Below, one piece after another: positions 34,067-37,286 of a stretch of 37,286 nucleotides of DNA (the stretch's first letter is position 1; the number at the start of each line of letters is the position of its first letter). The notes under the pieces are model-generated. The model made no database searches and was not told the origin of the DNA. It saw only the letters and a program-made list of their open reading frames with translations. Origin of the DNA: a virus; IMG/VR virus record IMGVR_UViG_3300045988_120328, positions 1-37,286 of that record; one strand, given 5' to 3'. A program made the position numbers and the translations under genes.

Positions 34067-34221
34067 CAAATTTACAAAAGAAAATGATGAAAGCCGCAGG
34101 GCTGACGGAAGACAATTTTCGCAAGCCCAAAGTCACCGAGATAGACAGAATAAAGGCAAACGTCGATTTTTTGGCTATGTTGAACGGTGTTGAGTTGAAT
34201 GAGGTGAGCGGCGATGAGTAA
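34063..34221 (+). CDS. Hypothetical small protein (52 aa), not in ORF track
   Basis: Its ATG overlaps the fibre stop (ATGA). The product is MTNLQKKMMKAAGLTEDNFRKPKVTEIDRIKANVDFLAMLNGVELNEVSGDE. Confidence 0.5.
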   Translation: MTNLQKKMMKAAGLTEDNFRKPKVTEIDRIKANVDFLAMLNGVELNEVSGDE

Positions 34222-34372
34222 GAACTACGTCAAGGTCAAGAGATACTATGACAGCCGTTTGTGGTCGGCTGCTATGGTACACGCTGCTGTCGGTAAGTGG
34301 ATCACAGCTGAGGAGTATGAGATGATCACAAAGGAGGTATACCATGAAGCAGAAGTTAGCGAAACTCATTGA
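34214..34372 (+). CDS. xkdX: XkdX-family small phage protein (52 aa), not in ORF track
   Basis: MSKNYVKVKRYYDSRLWSAAMVHAAVGKWITAEEYEMITKE matches the XkdX pattern (YY..lW......V.kgwIT.eeY..IT). GAGGTGAG precedes the ATG. Confidence 0.6.
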   Translation: MSKNYVKVKRYYDSRLWSAAMVHAAVGKWITAEEYEMITKEVYHEAEVSETH

Positions 34373-34532
34373 TGTAAAGTCCATTGTAACGCTGTTCTTG
34401 ACAGTGGTGTTTTGCGTGTTGGCACTTCGCCGCACCATAACCGCAGAGCAGTTCATCACGGTGTTTACGGTGGTGATCTCGTTCTATTTCGGCACGCAGA
34501 GCGCCAAGAGAAAGTCAGGTGATGACGAGTGA
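34344..34532 (+). CDS. Holin (two transmembrane helices, charged C-terminus, 62 aa)
   Basis: IVTLFLTVVFCVLAL and FITVFTVVISFYFG are followed by SAKRKSGDDE. SD AAAGGAGG. Confidence 0.7.
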   Translation: MKQKLAKLIDVKSIVTLFLTVVFCVLALRRTITAEQFITVFTVVISFYFGTQSAKRKSGDDE

Positions 34533-34798
34533 CGGAAGCAATTATCGTTGCACTGATAACAGCTGCTTCGGCGGTAGTGTGTCAGCTTGTCATAGCATCT
34601 AACAGCCGTAAGACTATGCAACAGGCGCAGTATGATAGCCAAAAGCTTATCGAGTACAAGATAGACAAGCTGTCTGAGCGTGTGGACAAGCACAACAGTG
34701 TTATTGCTCGCACCTATAAGCTGGAACAGGATTATGCTTTGATTGATGAGAAAATCAAGGTGGCTAATCATAGAATTGACGATTTGGAAAGGAAGTAA
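34529..34798 (+). CDS. xhlA: XhlA-like membrane-anchored coiled-coil lysis accessory protein (89 aa)
   Basis: An N-terminal TM helix (AIIVALITAASAVVCQLVIA) is followed by a coiled coil. GTGA overlaps the holin stop. Confidence 0.55.
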   Translation: MTEAIIVALITAASAVVCQLVIASNSRKTMQQAQYDSQKLIEYKIDKLSERVDKHNSVIARTYKLEQDYALIDEKIKVANHRIDDLERK

Positions 34799-34803
34799 TT
34801 TTT

Positions 34804-35679
34804 ATGGCAAAGACATTTAAGGGCATTGATGTTTCTATGTATCAGACAAACGTAGATTTCGCAAAGGTCAAAGCGGCGGGCTACAGTTTTGTTATTATCA
34901 GATGCAATAACTGGGATCACACGAAGAACTGTGTAGTAAAAGACCCGCTTTTTGAAACGCATTACAAAAATGCAAAGGCAGCTGGGCTTGACGTCGGTGC
35001 ATATTACTATACATGGCAGACAACGGTATCCGGTGCGAAACAGGACGCAGTTCTTTGTCTCGATTACATCAAGGGCAAAACTTTTGAATACCCGATTTAC
35101 TTTGATCTGGAGTGGCAGAAAGCTTTTGCACGCGGTAAAACGGTATGCTCCGACATGGTAAAAACTTTTTGCACTGCGCTGGAGGAAGCAGGCTACTTCG
35201 CAGGTCTGTATATCAGCCGCAGTCCGCTCCAGACTTACATAACAAATGATGTCGCAAGACGCTATGCACTGTGGATTGCAGAATACAACAGCAAGTGCAA
35301 CTACGGCGGCACATACGGTATGTGGCAGTACAGTTCAACGGGCAAGGTCAGCGGTGTTTCCGTGCCGGTAGACATGGATTACTGCTATGTGGATTACCCA
35401 TCTGTGATAAAGGCTAAGGGGCTTAACGGGTTTAAGGCTACTAACACAAGCACGTCTAAGGTACTTGACAGTTCGGGCTTTAAGAAAGGTGATAAATCCG
35501 ATGGAGTTCTTGCACTGAAACAGCTCCTTATGCTGGCAGGGTACAAACTTGACAACAACGGCACGTTCGGAGACGGTACCCTAAAGGCGGTCAATGCTCT
35601 GTTGAAAAAGTGGGGCTATACTCAGAACGGTATTGCGGGGACTAAATTTATTAAAAAGCTGTCTGCAACGATAAAGTAA
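34804..35679 (+). CDS. Endolysin: GH25 muramidase plus a C-terminal PG_binding_1 domain (291 aa)
   Basis: KGIDVSMYQTNVDFAKVKAAGYSFVIIR..GAYYYT..YPIYFDLEW..YALWIAEY..GMWQYSSTGKVSGV..VDMDY. The C-terminus reads GDKSDGVLALKQLLMLAGYKLDNNGTFGDGTLKAVNALLKKWGY. Confidence 0.9.
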   Translation: MAKTFKGIDVSMYQTNVDFAKVKAAGYSFVIIRCNNWDHTKNCVVKDPLFETHYKNAKAAGLDVGAYYYTWQTTVSGAKQDAVLCLDYIKGKTFEYPIYFDLEWQKAFARGKTVCSDMVKTFCTALEEAGYFAGLYISRSPLQTYITNDVARRYALWIAEYNSKCNYGGTYGMWQYSSTGKVSGVSVPVDMDYCYVDYPSVIKAKGLNGFKATNTSTSKVLDSSGFKKGDKSDGVLALKQLLMLAGYKLDNNGTFGDGTLKAVNALLKKWGYTQNGIAGTKFIKKLSATIK

Positions 35680-35690
35680 AGGAGTAGCTT

Positions 35691-35918
35691 ATGGATACAA
35701 AAGAAACATCATACAGCCAAATGGTGACAGTCACTAGGCTTAATTACAGGAGCGATTGCAACTTCACCGCCGGAACGATCGTTGGCGTTCTCGAAGATAA
35801 TACTCCGGTAAAAGTCGCTGATGATTTTTATGAATTTCATTACGGTCACTACTGGAGAAAAATCAAGCTTGGTCGCAAGCATTATTATGTTGTTGCTGAT
35901 TGGCTTAAAAAGATTTAA
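35691..35918 (+). CDS. Stand-alone SH3b-like small protein (75 aa)
   Basis: VTVTRLNYRSDCNFTAGTIVGVLEDNTPVKVAD...YWRKIKLGRKHYYVVADWLKK resembles a bacterial SH3 cell-wall-binding fold pattern. SD AAGGAG. Confidence 0.45.
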   Translation: MDTKETSYSQMVTVTRLNYRSDCNFTAGTIVGVLEDNTPVKVADDFYEFHYGHYWRKIKLGRKHYYVVADWLKKI

Positions 35919-35923
35919 AAGTA

Positions 35924-35952
35924 ACAGCTCCGGGCAATCCGCTCGGAGCTGT
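35924..35952 (+). terminator. Probable terminator after the lysis cassette
   Basis: The 9-bp GC-rich stem is acagctccg / cggagctgt with an 11-nt loop. The downstream U-tract is weak (atactatatt). Confidence 0.45.
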
Positions 35953-35979
35953 ATACTATATTAAAAGGAGGTCATATTT

Positions 35980-36717
35980 ATGAAAAGTCCAATACCATGG
36001 ATTGGTGGAAAGAGCCAGCTTAAAAGTAAGATCATCAAGTCTTTCCCGCCTACTGAAAGCTACAACAGATTTATCGATGTATTCGGCGGAGGCGGGTCTA
36101 TACTTTTTGCAAAAGGCAAACACGCTGATCTAGAGATCTATAATGACGCCAACAGTGATTTGGTCAACTTTTTCAGATGCTTAAAATATCATTCTGATGA
36201 GCTTAAAAAGGAGATAAAATACTATTTAAACAGCCGGGAAATGTTCCTTGACTGCCGTGAGCGCATATCTGTAACCGGATTTACAGACATTCAGCGGGCT
36301 GCTATGTTCTATGTGCTTGTCAAGACAGGCTTCGGAGCAAGTCTGAGAACGTTCGGCTGCAACAAAAAGCGGCTTAACACAGATAATTTCGCAGATATCG
36401 AGGCAAGACTGGATGGAGTAGTGATCGAAAACAAAGATTTTGAGGATCTTATCAAGGTATACGACCGTGAGAAAGCTTTATTCTACTGCGACCCTCCATA
36501 CCACAAGACAGAGCGGCATTACACTGTTAAATTTACCGAGGATGACCATGAGCGGCTCTGCAGAGTTCTTCACCAGATCAAGGGCAGATTTGTACTGTCG
36601 TACAACGATGACAAGTATGTGAGAGACCTGTATAAAGACTACAATATTCAGGCGGTCACCCGCAATAACAGTCTTTCATCAGGTGATTTCAAAGAGGTAA
36701 TAATCACAAATTTCTAG
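35980..36717 (+). CDS. dam: Orphan D12-class N6-adenine DNA methyltransferase (Dam-like, 245 aa)
   Basis: PIPWIGGKSQL, FIDVFGGGGS (motif I) and FYCDPPYHKTE (DPPY motif IV). No adjacent restriction endonuclease ORF is present. Confidence 0.85.
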   Translation: MKSPIPWIGGKSQLKSKIIKSFPPTESYNRFIDVFGGGGSILFAKGKHADLEIYNDANSDLVNFFRCLKYHSDELKKEIKYYLNSREMFLDCRERISVTGFTDIQRAAMFYVLVKTGFGASLRTFGCNKKRLNTDNFADIEARLDGVVIENKDFEDLIKVYDREKALFYCDPPYHKTERHYTVKFTEDDHERLCRVLHQIKGRFVLSYNDDKYVRDLYKDYNIQAVTRNNSLSSGDFKEVIITNF

Positions 36718-36732
36718 TATTTTTTTTAGAGA

Positions 36733-36757
36733 ATAAATAACGGATTTCGTTATTTAT
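36733..36757. promoter_or_regulatory. 10-bp perfect inverted repeat ATAAATAACG-N5-CGTTATTTAT upstream of the terminal XRE gene (candidate operator)
   Basis: It lies between the dam stop and the XRE start and lacks a flanking U-tract. Confidence 0.4.
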
Positions 36758-36784
36758 GTTGTAAAAAACATACCGGAGGTAATC

Positions 36785-36976
36785 ATGAGAGTAAAATTAA
36801 GGGCTTTGCTTAATTCCAGGGGCATTACTCAGGCTGAACTTGCGCAGGCGACAGGCATCAGACCGTCCACAATCTCACAGCTTTGCAATAACATCGCTGT
36901 CGGTTTCAAATTTTCACATCTTGAGCTGATTTGCAGATTTTTAAAATGCGATTTAAATGACATTTTAGAGCTGTAA
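36785..36976 (+). CDS. Small XRE-family HTH protein (63 aa)
   Basis: MRVKLRALLNSRGITQAELAQATGIRPSTISQLCNN. SD GGAGGT. Confidence 0.8.
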   Translation: MRVKLRALLNSRGITQAELAQATGIRPSTISQLCNNIAVGFKFSHLELICRFLKCDLNDILEL

Positions 36977-37006
36977 AAAATACGTTTCAAAAATTCTCGA
37001 TAATTC

Positions 37007-37056
37007 AAAAAAAGTGATGAGTGTTTCGTTTTGTTGAAACATTTCATCACTTTTTT
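37007..37056. terminator. Bidirectional intrinsic terminator between the convergent XRE and int genes
   Basis: The stem pairs gtgatgagtgtttc (37014-37027) with gaaacat-ttcatcac, with one bulge. It is flanked by A7 upstream and T6 downstream. Confidence 0.75.
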
Positions 37057-37059
37057 GCG

Positions 37060-37093
37060 TTTTGCTTGTCAGTTTTTTGGATTTTGCTTGTCA
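37060..37093 (+). repeat. Two 12-bp direct repeats TTTTGCTTGTCA spaced 22 bp apart, just 3' of int
   Basis: Copies at 37060-37071 and 37082-37093 lie in the non-coding stretch between the terminator and the int stop. Confidence 0.8.
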
Positions 37094-37129
37094 AACATCA
37101 TCGGAACAATCTGAGGCGGCTGTTTTTTT

Positions 37130-37187
37130 CTATCTTTGAAAAAAATATAAAAATTTGAAAAGTATCGTGGGAAAAATATGTTGCGGT
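37130..37187 (-). CDS. int: 3' end of the same serine integrase ORF after circular closure (last 19 codons plus TAG); total 495 aa
   Basis: The frame carried across base 1 = 37188 reads ...GTIGCGRPQHIFPTILFKFLYFFQR then TAG at 37132..37130. 1430 + 58 nt = 496 codons. Confidence 0.75.
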
Positions 37188-37286
37188 CTCCCGCAACCAA
37201 TAGTTCCCACGACCGAAGTTAATGTACTTTGTATGTTAATTTCGGTCGTGTTTTTTATATCTATACGAGAAATGAGCAAGCGTATA
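37188..37286. repeat. Exact 99-bp terminal direct repeat, copy 2
   Basis: Identical to bases 1-99 and ends exactly at the window end. Confidence 0.95.

Larger units (their letters stand above)
1..37286. mobile_element. Complete circularly permuted temperate siphovirus genome (lysogeny, early, packaging, HK97-type head, long tail, lysis, moron modules)
   Basis: Uninterrupted phage gene order. The two ends are identical over 99 bp and the integrase ORF is continuous across them. AGGAGG-type SD sites precede nearly all genes. Confidence 0.85.

Noticed and set aside
1-37286. CRISPR arrays, tRNA or tmRNA genes
   Set aside because: All non-coding gaps are under 260 bp and are accounted for by promoters, operators, hairpins or terminators. 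No regularly spaced repeat array or cloverleaf-like sequence was noticed.

Overview
The window is a complete, circularly permuted temperate siphovirus genome: 37,187 unique bp plus an exact 99-bp overlap (bases 1-99 = 37188-37286). Strong AGGAGG-type SD sites precede almost every gene, which suggests a Firmicute (Clostridia-like) host. A large serine integrase ORF on the minus strand runs off base 1 and finishes at 37187..37130, so it is missing from the supplied ORF track.

Gene order:
- Lysogeny module (1-4.6 kb): int, a DUF4428/SHOCT protein, a triple-repeat Ltp lipoprotein, a small XRE gene, two paralogous XRE repressors each followed by the same 77-nt structured element, and a divergent-promoter switch with three 17-bp operators.
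- Early region (4.6-17.3 kb), about 30 small genes: a counter-oriented DUF2513 moron, a DUF3850 protein, a PcfK-like (AcrIIA9-family)/PcfJ/DUF6273/DUF3102 block, several Cys-rich zinc-ribbon proteins, a second (tyrosine) recombinase, a VRR-NUC nuclease and an HUH rolling-circle Rep.
- Packaging and structural genes (17.4-34 kb): HNH, a putative cos region, P27-type TerS, TerL, HK97-type portal, ClpP protease, capsid, head-tail and tail genes with a -1 frameshifted chaperone, a 1209-aa tape measure, Dit, Tal and an 850-aa fibre.
- PBSX-like lysis cassette (34-36 kb): XkdX, holin, XhlA, a GH25 endolysin and a stand-alone SH3b-like gene.
- Terminal moron module: an orphan Dam-type methyltransferase and a small XRE gene.

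No tRNA, rRNA, CRISPR array or reverse transcriptase was seen.

Best candidates for undescribed biology:
1. The lysogen-expressed ltp / zinc-ribbon-Gly-zipper-SHOCT / int operon, together with the neighbouring XRE, micro-ORF, palindrome and duplicated structured element.
2. The plasmid-leading-region-like PcfK/PcfJ early island.
3. The tyrosine recombinase + HUH Rep + structured AT-rich palindrome module, in a phage with no conventional replication genes.

All functional calls come from motif recognition by eye; no searches were run.
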